A stretch of 64,000 nt of DNA from Bigelowiella natans CCMP2755 (GCA_000320545.1 ADNK01000053.1:62001-126000); one strand, 5' to 3'. Counted from the stretch's first letter, positions 1-13,149 are shown. Notes: generated from the sequence alone by a model not told the origin. Program-made: numbers and translations.

Positions 1-828
1 ATACATCTGCGTCAATCCCACCATGTGAATGCCGCCATTCGATTGACTCACCGGATCATCGGCATACCCCCCTCTCTTCTGAAAGGAGCGGAAGCGAAAG
101 GCAAAGGAGGCGAAGCTGAAGGAACTGAAAAACCGACAGACAAAGGTGGGGGGGGGGGGGGGGGTTCTGTGCTGCTGTACGCACTTCTTACGAGCAGAAG
201 CAGTACTAAAGGAACGGCTGAGAGGAGGATTGATGACCACCGACGACGATAACATCATAATCAAACCCTCTTTCTCATGGATTTTCACCTTGAAATACCA
301 CACAACACAATGAAAGGGGGGGGGTGTAAGAGGGCATGGACTCTCTGTATATGAAGCACGAATCATCATCAAACATGCGTGGTCGTCGTTCGTTTATCTT
401 ATCCGTTCATTGGTGTTTTGTTTCTCCCCCCCCCCTTATCATTACCTGCGATTGATCAGCTCAAAGCAGAGCCTCCGTCAGGATCGAAGGGCGTCGTTGT
501 TGTGCAGGTGTGTCGTGTGTTTAGTCAAGAAAATACCCGAATAGTGCGGGCAGCGATGAAATTTTAAGACTCGATGGGCAGTCGTCCTGTGCTACTTTGT
601 CCTGCGGTTGCGTCGTCAATGCATAGTAGTAAGAAGCCGCTTTATGCTGCTGCTTTGAGAGAATGATGATGATATTATGACGATGGACGATTATGATTGA
701 GTGGAAACACGATGGAAAATAAAGGTAAATTGTCCAAGTGGAAGCAAGGTTCGCCGTCGCTTTCTCGAAACGGATACAATAGGTTATCCTCGTACAAATT
801 TGTGTGGAACATATAATGTATATTTATA

Positions 829-910
<82 letters not shown>

Positions 911-1298
911 TATACACGCAGCTTTGAGATTTCTGGCTCTTTTATTCACGTCATCCAGCTTCTCCTCCTTCCACTGACTCACAGGCTGATTGGCTCTGTT
1001 GTTGTTGTGGTTGGCGTTTACTGCGCGCATAGGCGATGTGATGGAGTTCGTTTATGCTTCTGATGCGGAGGTAAAAAGAAGAAGAAGAAGAAGAAGAAAA
1101 GGGGAATACGAAGCAGCAGCACGATGATGTGCTGCTGCTGCTGCTGATGATGATGGTGATTGGGAAAACATTGTTTTCTACAAAACTGTGCATTCTCGAT
1201 CCATTGGTCCGAACATCATCATCCCCAGCCGCCTCCTGCTTCGTGCTGCTCTGCAAGCAAGCTCACTACAACGCCATATTGACCGCAACAATCAGGTG
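1..1298 (+). CDS. 3' part of an unresolved multi-exon gene; last exon has an OTU/otubain-like '...FVLLCKQAHYNAIL' ending
   Basis: Splice-bounded open segments on + (1-145 ...GTEKPTDK|gt; 460-507 ag|LKAEPPSGSKGVVVVQ|gt). A terminal frame reads LCILDPLVRTSSSPAASCFVLLCKQAHYNAILTATIR*. I could not build a consistent exon chain, and the OTU idea rests only on the HY motif. Confidence 0.25.
826..906. repeat. Compound intronic microsatellite (TA)n(TG)n(GA)n, representative of dozens across the window
   Basis: Read directly. Similar tracts occur at about 5333-5404, 8499-8555, 19670-19723, 29792-29867, 32828-32898, 54858-54962, 58428-58540 and 61046-61111. Confidence 0.95.
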
Positions 1299-2111
1299 AA
1301 ACGTAAGGGCTTTGAACTGATACAGAGGATGCCTCGGATGGTAGGAACAGCTCAGCATTTATAGACAACAACGAAAACAACAACAACAACAACAACAACT
1401 TCAACAACAAGGACTTGTCGCATACGAAATTTTCAATGGACGATAAGCACCGACTATGCTACATTCAAAGCTCGCAGAGAGCAAGAATTTTCGCATTTCT
1501 TTTTCGCAAATGTTTCGCTACTCTCTAGGAATCGAATCGCAACTACACGTATACGACGTGCACAAATGACCGAGCTAATTCGTCCTTACTGATGAAAGCG
1601 ATTACAATGTACCACGTGCGCAATCATTAGGTGTTTTCGGACTATAAGAAGACACTTGCATCTGCGGGAATAAAGAAACAAGCAAATCTCTTCGTTAGAC
1701 GTGCAGCATAGTCACATACAGAGTGTAAAGCAGAATAATTTGGCGTCGTATGCGATGCATCCATGGCTTCATTATATGATATGAAGTAGACTTTGCGCGT
1801 CAATCGATTAATGGAGATAATCTTGCGTTAAAGGAATGCGAACGCAACGAATGATATGGCATTATTGTTCCCGGCTTCGGTTGCGATGTATTATTGGTAG
1901 TGTAAGCGCTATATTTATCTACGCATATCTTATCTAGAAAGTCGCGAGCGACTCTTCGTTGTGCAGCTAGTACGTTCATATCAACTAGCACGCGATCACA
2001 CACATCTATGTCTATTTTTACAATAAGGCAGCTCGTCTTATCAAGACTTTGCCAATACGCATAGTCATCACGATCGACCACATGTCGAACATCAAAGCAC
2101 ATCTGGACACA

Positions 2112-2222
2112 GCCATGCACAGCACATATATACCGCGCTACATCCTAGCCGCTGCTTTGCACAGCTACATGGGGATGCCTGGCCATTGATCAAATTTAAT
2201 TTGATTTATTACATCCTCTAGT
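2112..2222 (-). repeat. Copy of dispersed double-hairpin repeat (homologous to units at 56.26-56.85 kb)
   Basis: The reverse complement of 2146-2170 (atgtagctgtgcaaagcagcggcta) is identical to 56468-56492. Flanking taga..ggatgtaat..., catcc and gtatat(t)atgtgctgtg also align. Confidence 0.8.
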
Positions 2223-2662
2223 CTTACAACCTAGCTACTGTGGCTGTCACGAACTATCTAGCTATGCAGGTGGCAAGCTGACTAGCCATGCGCATCGTCC
2301 ATGTGTTCGTTTTGAAATTACTTGATTTATGTCATGGACATATAGTAAAGCAAATCACATCGGTTGCACACGTACGCAAACTATGTCTAGAGGGTTTGCT
2401 TCTGCCAGCAGTAATTCTACTCCCTTGCCTCGATGCTATCCCATTCCTGAATCGCACGAATCTCCTACGGTTGTCCGCTTATTGAGCGACCAACGTAACA
2501 CCTTTGCATGCAGAACGAGCACCACCATCAGCAACAAGTGTCGCATTTAAATGGATGATGTCATTTATGCTATTACGCCGACTTCTTACTTCCAAGACTA
2601 GGGAAGCGACGCTACGAGCATTGATTAGACATTGAGTTAGCACTAACCCAGAGTTTGATGCT

Positions 2663-2792
2663 TCAGAGCTTCGCTCTAGGCCGTTGCTTAAGGAGCACCA
2701 TCTCGCATCGGCTCATAACAACCTTGAAAACGAGCATAGCGAATGAAGAGATTTCACTCTCTGAGTTCGTCAATTGCCGATCCCCAGCGGCG

Positions 2793-2830
<38 letters not shown>

Positions 2831-4324
2831 CTTGTTAGTCTCTTTGACCCTCGTTTCGAACACAACCGATTCCGTCCCAACGTTGTTCCCGCCAGAAACC
2901 TTCCACATCCTCGTGACCAGTGTTTCCCCCGGTAGCACGGGCGAAGAAAAGCGAACGCACATCGACTTGTTTGTTTGTCGTGGCGCAGAAGCAAATGGAG
3001 GCAGTTGAAACTTAGATTAGTCAACCGGGGTTGCTCATTGAGAAACATGAAAAGAAAACCATGATCGAGAGCAAGATCGTGTACCAGCATAGTCTTTTCC
3101 CTCTCATTCTCGTTCCCCCCATCTCCTCCCCCTCCCCCTCCTCCGCCCCTCACATCATCGTCGCCGACCTGCATTCTGGAGGGGTCGTTGCCACCGAACG
3201 CTGCCAACACGTGCCTAATGGACACAATAGACCGAAGAAGCAGCATGGAGAGGAGGAGGAGGAGGAGGAGGAGGAGGAGGAGGATGTGAGACAGAACCCA
3301 TAGCTAGATCTCAGAATAAACACACGAGGATGCTAGAAAAGGAGATATACTCAAAGAGAGATAATGATGATGATGATTCACAAATCTGTTATACTTGCTG
3401 CTGCGCTTGGTTATCACCACCACCTAGCTGCTACTTACCTTGCCGAATGTCCCAACGTGCACAACCCGTGTAATATGGGGCGCGGAAACTTGAATCGCTT
3501 TGCCTGGTTGTTTCGGAAATATTTTGGGAGTGGGGTGGGGGGGGGGTAGTTACTACTGAGAAGCTTTGAGGATGACTCCGGCGCAATCAAACGTGCTGAT
3601 GAACTATACGAAGCTAGAGCCGCTTTCTTTCTTATGCTCATTTTTGGGTTGTTACATTCTTCATCTCCCCCCGCCTCCTCCATCCTGACCTGTTTTGCAT
3701 CGATATGCAGCGGGTTGTAGTCGCCGGAGAGCCGGTATAACTCCGCCTGCGAGAGTGCAGAATAGATAACGTATTTCTTTGCTTACTGGGCGTCGTGGCT
3801 CTCCCAACAGCGACATAAATGATGATGACAATAATAGCAGTCGTCACTTTAATAACTATCATTTTCATCGTCATCACCATCACCTGCGACTTGGACGTTT
3901 TCTGCACAGTAACCAGATCTGGGGCCCGATCTGGGATCTTCACGTTCTGATGAGCATAGCAGCATGTCGGTTCGAAATAAGGACAACGAGGGTGATGATG
4001 ATGGTGATGATGATGGCAATCAACGACAAGAAGGCCAACGAACTACCAACGTTTCTTCTAATTCAATGCTCTTTTGCTGGAATTTTGGACGAGGGTCATC
4101 GTTAATTTTCATGGTATATTCCACTGCCTGTTCAGATCTACTGTAAGTAGTACCCTAGAGTGTGCCTTTCCATACTTCTTCGCATCCTTCACGCCGACAT
4201 AGAAAGTACCACTAGAAATTGGTCGCACCGTGTGATAAGAATGCATCCAGTTGTTTTACGTAATTAAATATGAAACACACACACAATAAGAATATATAAA
4301 TATGTACATATGTGTGTGTGTGTG

Positions 4325-4359
<35 letters not shown>

Positions 4360-5328
4360 ATACATATAATGTGACATTACGTCGTGATCGTGGCGTACGG
4401 GGTGCCGTCTTTGCCTTTAATCTCCATTAGCGACTCGACCAAAGTTCCCGACCTCTGTTCACAGTTTTATAAGTATTTCGGGGAGGATGATGGGGGGGGG
4501 TTCGTGAGAGTGTGTCTGAGATCGATTGTGTGTATATCTACGTGACAAAAACCAATCATTTACAGTGCCACGACAGCGCTAAATGCCTGTCATCCATGAT
4601 CTTTATTTTCTCCCAGCATATTTCAATTCCAGCCGTGTTGTTACAGAACGAAAGACATCTGGTGGTGTAAGTCTCATGTCACGTGTTAGATTTTCTCCTC
4701 TTACTACTTAAAATAACACCTTGGGATGCACGCCAATGACAGTTGAGTGAAGCATGAGGTCAGCACCATTAGTCGGCAATTGCCTGGATATTTATTACGG
4801 CGAAACGACGTTCCATCATATCTACAGATGACATTCCTTCATCGTGCTGCACAGATACCGCATCACTACACAACACTGCCATTCTGTGCTATCTGGCTGA
4901 CTAGATATTTGTTGAGTTATGTGCTGTTTGTTGGCAATCATCCATGCTACAAATTGAGAATTTGAATTATTGATAAATGGCCTTCTTTAGGGTTTTTACT
5001 TGTGAATCTGGATTTGCCTTTCTCCATCGAGGGCAGGACCTCTAAATAAAATCGTTGATTAGCTCACAAAACCACCAAGGTCATAAGTCTGAACATATTA
5101 ACTTATTACTACTTTACTACTACTACTACTAATTGCTACAGATGAGCATAAGCAAGCTAAGAGAAAATATCAGAATATATAATAAATGAATGTACTTTGG
5201 TTTGATCTTCGAAGCTGCGGCACTAGCTCGCATAGGTGGGGAAGGAAAATCGACTACGTCCTCTGACGTACCCTGCGTGAAAGAAAGATAGAACACTTTG
5301 ATGGAGATGGTTTAGAATAATTACAGAG

Positions 5329-5407
<79 letters not shown>

Positions 5408-5905
5408 CTGTCCCTCTAAACACATTTCAATAACTTAAATTATGAGAGAAAATGGTGCTTTGAATTTCACCACCACCACCACCACCACCACCTTAAATCC
5501 CAGCACGAATGGATATGTCGGGAAAGAAGCAAAGTCCCCAGCTTTCTCGTAGCTGCACATAAAAATTGTGATCATCGTCGCTTTGAATATTCAACTAATT
5601 CCACGCTATCCTTCTATCATCATCCATATTGCACGAGACTTTCAACGTATTTGTTTCCTACATAAATCGCATGTCACTCGATCCGATGCCGAGTGCGTAG
5701 AGAATGAGGTCGCGCTTGTTGTATGAAACGGGAACCACCACGGTTTCTTTCCTTTCATTATTTCCCCCCTGCATTAGATTTATGTTGCTTTTACAGAACT
5801 CTCTCGTTCGTTATTATGAGCGAACGCTGAGGCTGGTTGCCGAGGGTGGGGCACTCTGGATGCTCCGATTTGCCACTGTGAGCAGCGATGTGTCTCAGTG
5901 TAAAA
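2663..5905 (-). CDS. ECH2: Peroxisomal 2-enoyl-CoA hydratase 2 (MaoC double hot-dog; stand-alone MFE-2/HSD17B4 hydratase domain), multi-exon
   Basis: Spliced peptides: VSYNKRDLILYALGIG, YEKAGDFASFPTYPFVLGFK, GPALDGERQIQIH, QLPTNGADLMLHSTVIGVHPK, RSGTLVESLMEIKGKDG, KIPDRAPD, hydratase-2 signature YRLSGDYNPLHIDAKQ|A, FPRPILHGLCTLG, VRFSSPVLPGETL. The C-terminus ...QRPRAKL* is a PTS1. Start codon not resolved (about 5.9-6.05 kb). Confidence 0.93.
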
Positions 5906-6337
5906 ATGTCACCTATTATCGGTAAAATATCGATATTTCAATTGTCGCATCTGCAAAATAGGCTTTGTACTTTGCCGACTGTCCTAAAATACACCTGCGA
6001 CGAGATATTTAGGAAGGCGCAGCAATAGATTCTCCTACGTCTTTCATCTCGTCAGTTTTGATTGGAAGTCCTGGGAAGTCTCTTCCTAATTACAGGCCAT
6101 TTTTGGTGTATTTCTCCCACTTTGAAGCGTGTTTCGGGGATTTTGCGCCGGAAAAGCACAAGCTAGGAGAAAAAATGGGTCAGCAGGCAGGCAACTCTGT
6201 GGAGTTGATGCTCATTTGTGCAGACTTATTCCATGGCAACCCTGTGACTTCTTTTTTTCCCTCCGTAATCTTGACCAAGCTGGAACGGAGGCGATCTTCT
6301 CCCAAAACCTCGCTTGCCAATGAAAAAACACCGCAGT

Positions 6338-6370
6338 ACTCGCGGTGTGCTAACTCGCGGTGTGCTAACT
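6338..6370. repeat. Perfect 15-bp tandem duplication (actcgcggtgtgcta x2.2)
   Basis: Read directly from the sequence. Confidence 0.85.
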
Positions 6371-6496
6371 AGCACAAATTGAGTCAATGCGGGAAATTTC
6401 ATATCTCCAGGCCTTCTCTGGACGAGTGCAACCCTCATAGCTTAAGCATTGTTCTTTGGTCTAGCTTTTGTTGTACGAATTCTCCAAGACATATTA

Positions 6497-7348
6497 ATGA
6501 AGCACAACAGCCGCTCGCTCTCTTCCTCCCTGAGCATCCAGTCGTGGCCACTGACACCGAAGAATGATCGGAAGTCTTTTTACCGAGACTCCCGCCCAGT
6601 ACGCTCATTGCCACTTGGAAGGAGGGAAAGAAATGAAGTGGGCACTAGCAGTATGAAACTCAAGAAGCAGAGGCACAGCTATAGAAACTTTAGCTTTCGT
6701 GACCACGTGCAGGATACACTCAATAAAACGTCTGCCAATGGATCAATATGCACTGGAGTATCTGCATCACTGTTGTCATCAAAGCTTCATTTATCATCGT
6801 CATTCTCGTCATCATCGTCATCGATGTCACCATCGTTATCATCAAAGGGCCTAACAGCACCCCCCTTTCCTCTCCGATTCATGTTCGCAGTGCGTGAAAG
6901 ACGAGATAGATTGTCATCGTCGTCTTTACCGCAAGAAAGGGGCAATCCCAGTTCCTGTGCCAAAACCTTGGTGATGACCACAAGATCTCAGCAAGAGAGG
7001 GGAAAGAGGAATTCTAAATTCCCTGCTGCCAAGAATATGTCGATGATTACAGCATCGCATCATCATCATCAAGTTCCTCCTCGCCAACCCCTAATGAAAG
7101 TTGGGACGTTGAAGGTAAACGTGGCACAGATGGACTATCCGCAAGCCCAGAACTACTTAATAGATTCAATTCATCTCCGCTCAACATCCTCATCATCATC
7201 ATTATCATCATCATTATCATCCTCATCATCATCATATTCGAGGGAAAACTTAAACTTTTATCAACCATCGCCACCATTCATTGGTCGGAAGACACATAGC
7301 CGGAAATTCGTCTGGAATGATCAAGTAGTACCTATCCGCGACGTATGA
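6497..7348 (+). CDS. Hypothetical Ser-rich basic protein, long single exon (an upstream exon near 6176 is possible)
   Basis: 900-nt stop-free frame (6449-7348) with ATG at 6497 (MKHNSRSLSSSLSIQSWPLTP...). It lies divergent from ECH2 and has no recognisable domain. Confidence 0.55.
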   Translation: MKHNSRSLSSSLSIQSWPLTPKNDRKSFYRDSRPVRSLPLGRRERNEVGTSSMKLKKQRHSYRNFSFRDHVQDTLNKTSANGSICTGVSASLLSSKLHLSSSFSSSSSSMSPSLSSKGLTAPPFPLRFMFAVRERRDRLSSSSLPQERGNPSSCAKTLVMTTRSQQERGKRNSKFPAAKNMSMITASHHHHQVPPRQPLMKVGTLKVNVAQMDYPQAQNYLIDSIHLRSTSSSSSLSSSLSSSSSSYSRENLNFYQPSPPFIGRKTHSRKFVWNDQVVPIRDV

Positions 7349-8006
7349 GAAAAAGGGGACTTAAAACTAAATCATGAAGACAATTGTACACATTGGCTGT
7401 ATCTACCAATACGATAGACCTTGTACAGAAATTTGCAGCGGCGCATTGTGTGAATGCAGCTAGCTACGAAACAGTCCGAGCTTTGCGAAAAAAATGATCG
7501 CTCCATTAGCCACGTACATGCCAATGCAAGTTGTGTGGTGCATTTGAATTTGCTTTCTAAATCAACATGGCCACTGTTACAGCGCGACATGTGCATCATT
7601 GCACTGTTGTGCAGTTTGAATTGAGTCAACAAAGATTTAGTTGATGAATTGAAGATCGTGACAGGCATGCCGACTGACTACATGTAGTGTGTTGCACCTA
7701 AGCCATGCAGCAGCCATAGCAGCCAAAAATGTGCGAGCAAGCACACACACGCCCAACGAGCTATGCGCTGTGCTAGTACCATAGCATGTAGTTCATATGC
7801 TATGCAGGTACGGATGCGCTAGATGACAATGTAGCGTACAAATGTGTATGTGTTAACACTACAGCCTTACGGCGCAAGGGTGCGCTATCATCTATTCCTT
7901 TCTTTACATCTAATAACTTTGGGCAAGGCAATCGGGGAAACAAAATTACGCTATTTTCAATCTTTGGTTACTCAAGACAGCATGGTCTTAGGGAAGCAGT
8001 ATCAGC

Positions 8007-8517
8007 TTATTCAAGTAACTTCAGAGCTTGTTGGAGCCGAGTTGTTGCCAAACGAACTAGCATCTTTTCTGCAATCCTAAGATGACTTGTGCTTAGTGTT
8101 ACTACTGCTGACATCGATGATAATGATAATGTTGATGGTGGTGGCAGCGATGACGAAGACCACTTATTTGTCATCGCTCTTCTCGGTTTTCTTCTAGATG
8201 ATCCCTTTCCAAGACCCATAGCCTGCACACACACACACACACACACAATATTAACATAGAAAAGAGAGAGAGAGAGAGAGAAACGAGAATAAGTGAGAGA
8301 GGATAACGGAGGTATGAGGGTTTTATATTTGCTCATAATTTCTCAAAGCTCGAGTTTTGCCAACACCCCCGCATCAACGCATAGTCTCACTGCCCCTGAG
8401 GTGTGTGTGCTGTGTGTACATATCTCATCTAAACTTTGGAGTTCCTGTAGTATTTAATGACATTATCATACAACCCTCCCCTCCCTCTCCCCCCACGCAC
8501 ACACACAAACACACACA

Positions 8518-8557
<40 letters not shown>

Positions 8558-9473
8558 AAAACGTGCGTACATTATATTCTGCTGCTCCCCGTGCTCCCCC
8601 TCGGGCTAGGTTCAAGCGTTGCTGCCGCAGCCGCGTAACCGATGTGGCACCAAAGATAGTGTCCTCAAGATCGATCTCTTCGATCTGTGCTCGGAGAGCT
8701 CTTATGCGCTTATGCGTTTTCAACGAGGTAGGTACAGAGGAGGGTGTTTGCTGGATCAGGATGATAGCCTTCGAGCACGCGCGCTTCAGTGTGAGCCATA
8801 CCTTATTTCCACGAGCGCATGAGCGATTCTGTACCTGCAAAGAATTTGAGCGGTTAACGTACATAGTATATATGTACATTTCCATACACGAGAGACGAAG
8901 CATACATTCTATTGTCCCAACATCCGTTGATGATAGGTGATGGAAAACTACGAATTTCAATTGGAATTCTTGAGTGTACATCTCAACATCCCATTCGAGC
9001 TTTAATATTGTTCAGAATCGTCTATAATCTAGATATGCATGCTGCTTGGTATTCACCCCCCCCCTCTCTCTCTCTCAATCTCTATATTATTAACATCTCG
9101 CTCATTCAACAACCTCCGCCTTCTTCATCTCCTTCAATATCGTGAGCAGCTTCTGGACCGCTGTTAAAAAATACAACTCATGAGGAACGATGCAGACATG
9201 GCACATTTTTCGCACAAAACTCAACGAATTTAAGAGACACAATCTTATGGTGCTTCCAATATCATACCAAAAAATTTGCGGCAAAAAAATCCGTTTTTTT
9301 ACAGTTTTTAAATTAGCATTCTCGGAGTCTCAAGATATGTTGGGTACGAATAACGGTGTGTGTGTGTGTGTGTCCCTGATGACTATCTATGCAGAACCGG
9401 CTCTTCTTCTAGGAGAATTTGAGAGGGTTTCACGGGATTCTTTTTGTCCATGCTTCTTTCTTTTCTTCTTGTA
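8007..9473 (-). CDS. Helical-domain exons, probably the C-terminal continuation of the TTLL gene (alternatively a separate hypothetical gene)
   Basis: AG/GT-bounded exons in mostly compatible phases: AVQKLLTILKEMKKAE, LEWDVEMYTQEFQLKF, VQNRSCARG...RIRALRAQIEEIDLEDTIFG...AAEYN, ELQSLDEI, AMGLGKG...LQQALKLLE*. They are separated by microsatellite introns. Confidence 0.5.
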
Positions 9474-9535
9474 CCTTGTTGGAGAAGTAAAAATGTAATT
9501 TCTTTTAAACTCGACAAAAAACGCGCGCACTAACA

Positions 9536-9576
<41 letters not shown>

Positions 9577-9641
9577 TGCAACTTTTATGCTTTTGGCATG
9601 CGTCTATGTGTTTTGCATGGCCCACACTATGCATTTTTTCA

Positions 9642-11950
9642 TTACACGATGATTTGAGGCGTGGCTGTGGCAACGCCCATAGATATTCCTGGCCGCATTT
9701 CTTTATTATCGATGTAGTCGTCGTTTTTACGACTGCTAACGTTCAAACGAGAGCTTATCCTAAGCTGCGGCATCGTCATCGTTGTCCTTCCTATCGGACG
9801 CTTGTGACAAGCAACCGGTGTGAGCTTCGCCAGAGACGACGAGGATGATAAGGAGGAGAACGCTCGAGGTTCTTGCGGCGTTGTTGAAGGCGACTGCGTA
9901 TTATACGTGGAGAATGCAGCGAAGGATGACGAGGAAGTTAAGGATGACGTGTGTTCCGACGATGACAGTAGCGTTGACGACTCTGACAACGACGATGCTA
10001 AGGACGGTAGTGGTGACGGCGACGATGGGAATGACCGCTTGTTGAACATCGGCATGGCAGGAGAACTAGCAGACAGGGCTGCATTTAACGTAGGATCAGC
10101 ATATGTGTTTTGCTGATGCTGCTGCTGCTGACACCGCAGCTGCTTTAGGCGAAGTAGCACGCTGGATAATGAGGATGTTAATGACGACGAGGAGGAAGGT
10201 GAGACAGTGACGGATGAGGGAAATGATGGGTTGGATGATGCCATCGTATCCGTAGTGGAGGAGCCATCGATCGAAGAAGAGTAGAGAGGCCCTATTTCTA
10301 TTGCAGTCTTTGCAGGTATTGAACGATTGTGAAATTGATGAAGACGAGGTGTCAAACGAATCCCACTGAGCGTATCTTTGTAGGATCGCCGGCTAGATGG
10401 ATACACAAGTGTATATCCTGTCGCCTCAACGATGCGGTTTTCATGGGCGATGCGCGCCTCTGTTAATGCTTTGCATGCCAGATCAAAGTTCCGTCTCCAC
10501 TGGTTATACCTGTTGACACATGGGCACGATGAGCTTTGGGGAGCGCAAAAGAAAAAACCTTCGATGATGATGCAAATGCAAATGTTACTAACTTGGAACA
10601 ATATCAAAAAAGACGTAGAAACCAGTATGAATGACAAAGTTGGTGACGATGGATGCTATGAGGAGAATGATGACGACGGATACTGGCCTACTTTGTCGAT
10701 GAGCTGCGCGGTGGCGGCTCTTCACATGGCACTTTTTTGGGATCACACACTGCCATGGGATCGATGAGCTTGAACATATCTCCCACGGCGGCAATATTTA
10801 CCTCCGCATCAACCGGAGTGTCACAGTTGACAGACGAGTATCTATTGTATGGAAAAGGAACGAAGGATTTAGGAGGAAGTTATATGGAGTTGAGGGAGAA
10901 ATAGGAGGAAAATCGATGGAAGAATGATCAAGAGCATTAGGAGGGGAAGGAAGGCGGGGACAATCGTGAGAAAATATCCAGAAACCCGACAAATTGTGCG
11001 CACGCACATACGTGGAAACATACATTTAAGCACACCAGTGGACACTCCCATTGTTCTCATCATAACTGTCCGATCATCATCTCCTGCTATCGTCCTCATG
11101 GTGCTTGCTACCTATTAACTTCAATCAACCACGGGTTCACGTCTTGGTCAATCAGGATGTCCAGCCCAAGAAACTGGAAGCACATTCCCCCGTCCAAATT
11201 TTGCCTTGCGATGTGATGCTGGTGCCCGGCGAGGATGCCCTGAGCGGATGTATCAATTGTTTGGTAGATAAAATACAAAAGGTGTGTGTAGAAGGTGTGT
11301 ATTTAGTATTTTGGTATAGGTATGTGTAGATTAGAATATGTGTCTCTGAGAGCACCTCGATGGGCAAGACCATTTTCACCGCTATATCATGGATTTTGTC
11401 CCACAGTTGGTCGACATCCACCTGATAAAGACAAATGAGAAGTCTCGAACAGAATGGAGGAAGAGGAGGATGAGGAAGAGGCTACACAACACGGGAACGG
11501 TGCGAATTCAATGAGCATTCGCTCTCTTTGCCAGCTATTCTCTACAATACTGCATAGATTCAAGAGGAAGAGGAATTTGGAACAAACCCCTTCTTTCTCC
11601 CGTAGCCTCTTCTTAAGAGCAGAAATCGACCACTTGTGGCCGACATTGGCACATTTGGCGTCGGTGTTATACACGAAGTCAGGATTTTGCTTGTTGAGCG
11701 AATAGTTTGTAAGGTGCTGCATCGAGTCCAGCTTTTCGTCATTTCCTGCCTCAATTTCACAGGGAGGAACATAGGGTTTTGTGCAGAAACGCGCGAAGCC
11801 ATCCTCGTGCACATAGATCCGCAGAGGAGACACACTCGTGATCAAGACATATCTATGGATGGGAAAAAGGGGGGGGCAATGTGAAAATGTTAACCTCGTG
11901 TATGTATAATAAGACTGTTAATGCTTTTTGCGCATATATGTTTGTGTGCG

Positions 11951-11994
<44 letters not shown>

Positions 11995-13149
11995 GGTGTG
12001 TAAGCGTGTTAGAGAAGTGAGAGAGAAAGAGAGTTGTTTGAGAAAATGTATTAAAAACGCTTAAAATTTGTTGTCCTCTGCAAATGGTGCATCTCCCTAA
12101 CCTATGGTACAATACTATGCTACCGCGCTCACTAGTGCTGCTGCTGCTTGCCCACTACTATAACTATTACATTCTCAAGTCGAATTTAAGCTTGTCCACG
12201 AGAAATGGGCGATCCACATACGTCTGCACTACTGCATTTCGTGAGAAGTCGATATTCTCCGTACTACGTGTAAGGTAGATCCCCGCACCCTGAGAACCAA
12301 GGTCGGGCTTAACGATTAGCGTCTTGTTCTTTCGATCCAGGTTTTTGCTGGAATTTAGATCGTAGTTAGTTTTACAGTACTATCTTCCGGAGTATCTTCC
12401 GGAGAAGGTATAAGTGGAAGTTATCGCCTATAAGTTGCTATGTATACCGGGCCCAGTCTTTAAGCTTTGTTGCGTCCGTAGGAAGACTCCAGGTACGAGG
12501 GTAGAAATTGAACTCGTCAGGGTTGCGCAGAGCCATATCGTTCATGTGCTTTGCCATGGATTTTTTGGACGTCAGCTGCGAGATGCCGTGGATGGAATGG
12601 ACACGCTAATGTTAAATATATACATATTTATTTATTTATAACATGTATCATGGAAAAAATAGTCTTTTCATTGAATTACGTATGTTCTCTGGGTGCTCGT
12701 GTAAGTAATAGCGAGGTTTTATGTGGAACTTAGCGTCTGATGCTATCAATCACCTGCCCGTATTTAAGCGATGACCAAAACAGAACTGGTCGCCGTCTAT
12801 AAATCCATGCTATCGTCCACTTATGCGGCTCAGTCTCCTCCCTCCAACCCAATTTTTTGCATACCAAGCTGATAGCTGAACATAAACCACGCGCACACAG
12901 ATCATATATGAAAAATATAATTAATGAGAAGAAAGAAAACAAAGGGTCAACATGGTAAACAGTCCATGAATGTAATTGTTTTGATTTTTAGCCACTGGCA
13001 TGACGCATGGATACATCAGTGCAGCAGAAATTCATATCCCAGGATCTAGGAGTGCGCACCCTCTTTTTGAAGCTCATTCCAGACCAAGTTCGTGTTCGCT
13101 CTTTTGTGTTCGCTCGCACCCTCCGTCTTACCATTCTCCCTCTTGGCAT
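9642..13149 (-). CDS. Tubulin-tyrosine ligase-like polyglutamylase (TTLL6/7/11/13-like), multi-exon
   Basis: Family motifs across exons: KKLGWREETEPHKWTIAW, FNFYPRTWSLP, LIVKPDLGSQGAGIYL, VVQTYVDRPFLVDKLKFDLR, YVLITSVSPLRIYVHEDGFARFCTKPY, HLTNYSLNK, GHKWSISAL, CFQFLGLDILIDQDVNPWLIEVN, ARIAHENRIVEATGYTLVYP, then a Ser-rich tail. The 5' end may extend to about 13653 and the 3' end to about 8007. Confidence 0.93.

Noticed and set aside
1219-1410. Minus-strand ORF with a Leu-rich 'signal peptide' ending in TGA TGA (selenoprotein or readthrough idea)
   Set aside because: The Leu run is the antisense of a (CAA)n microsatellite. There is no ATG and no SECIS evidence, and splice signals favour the + strand.
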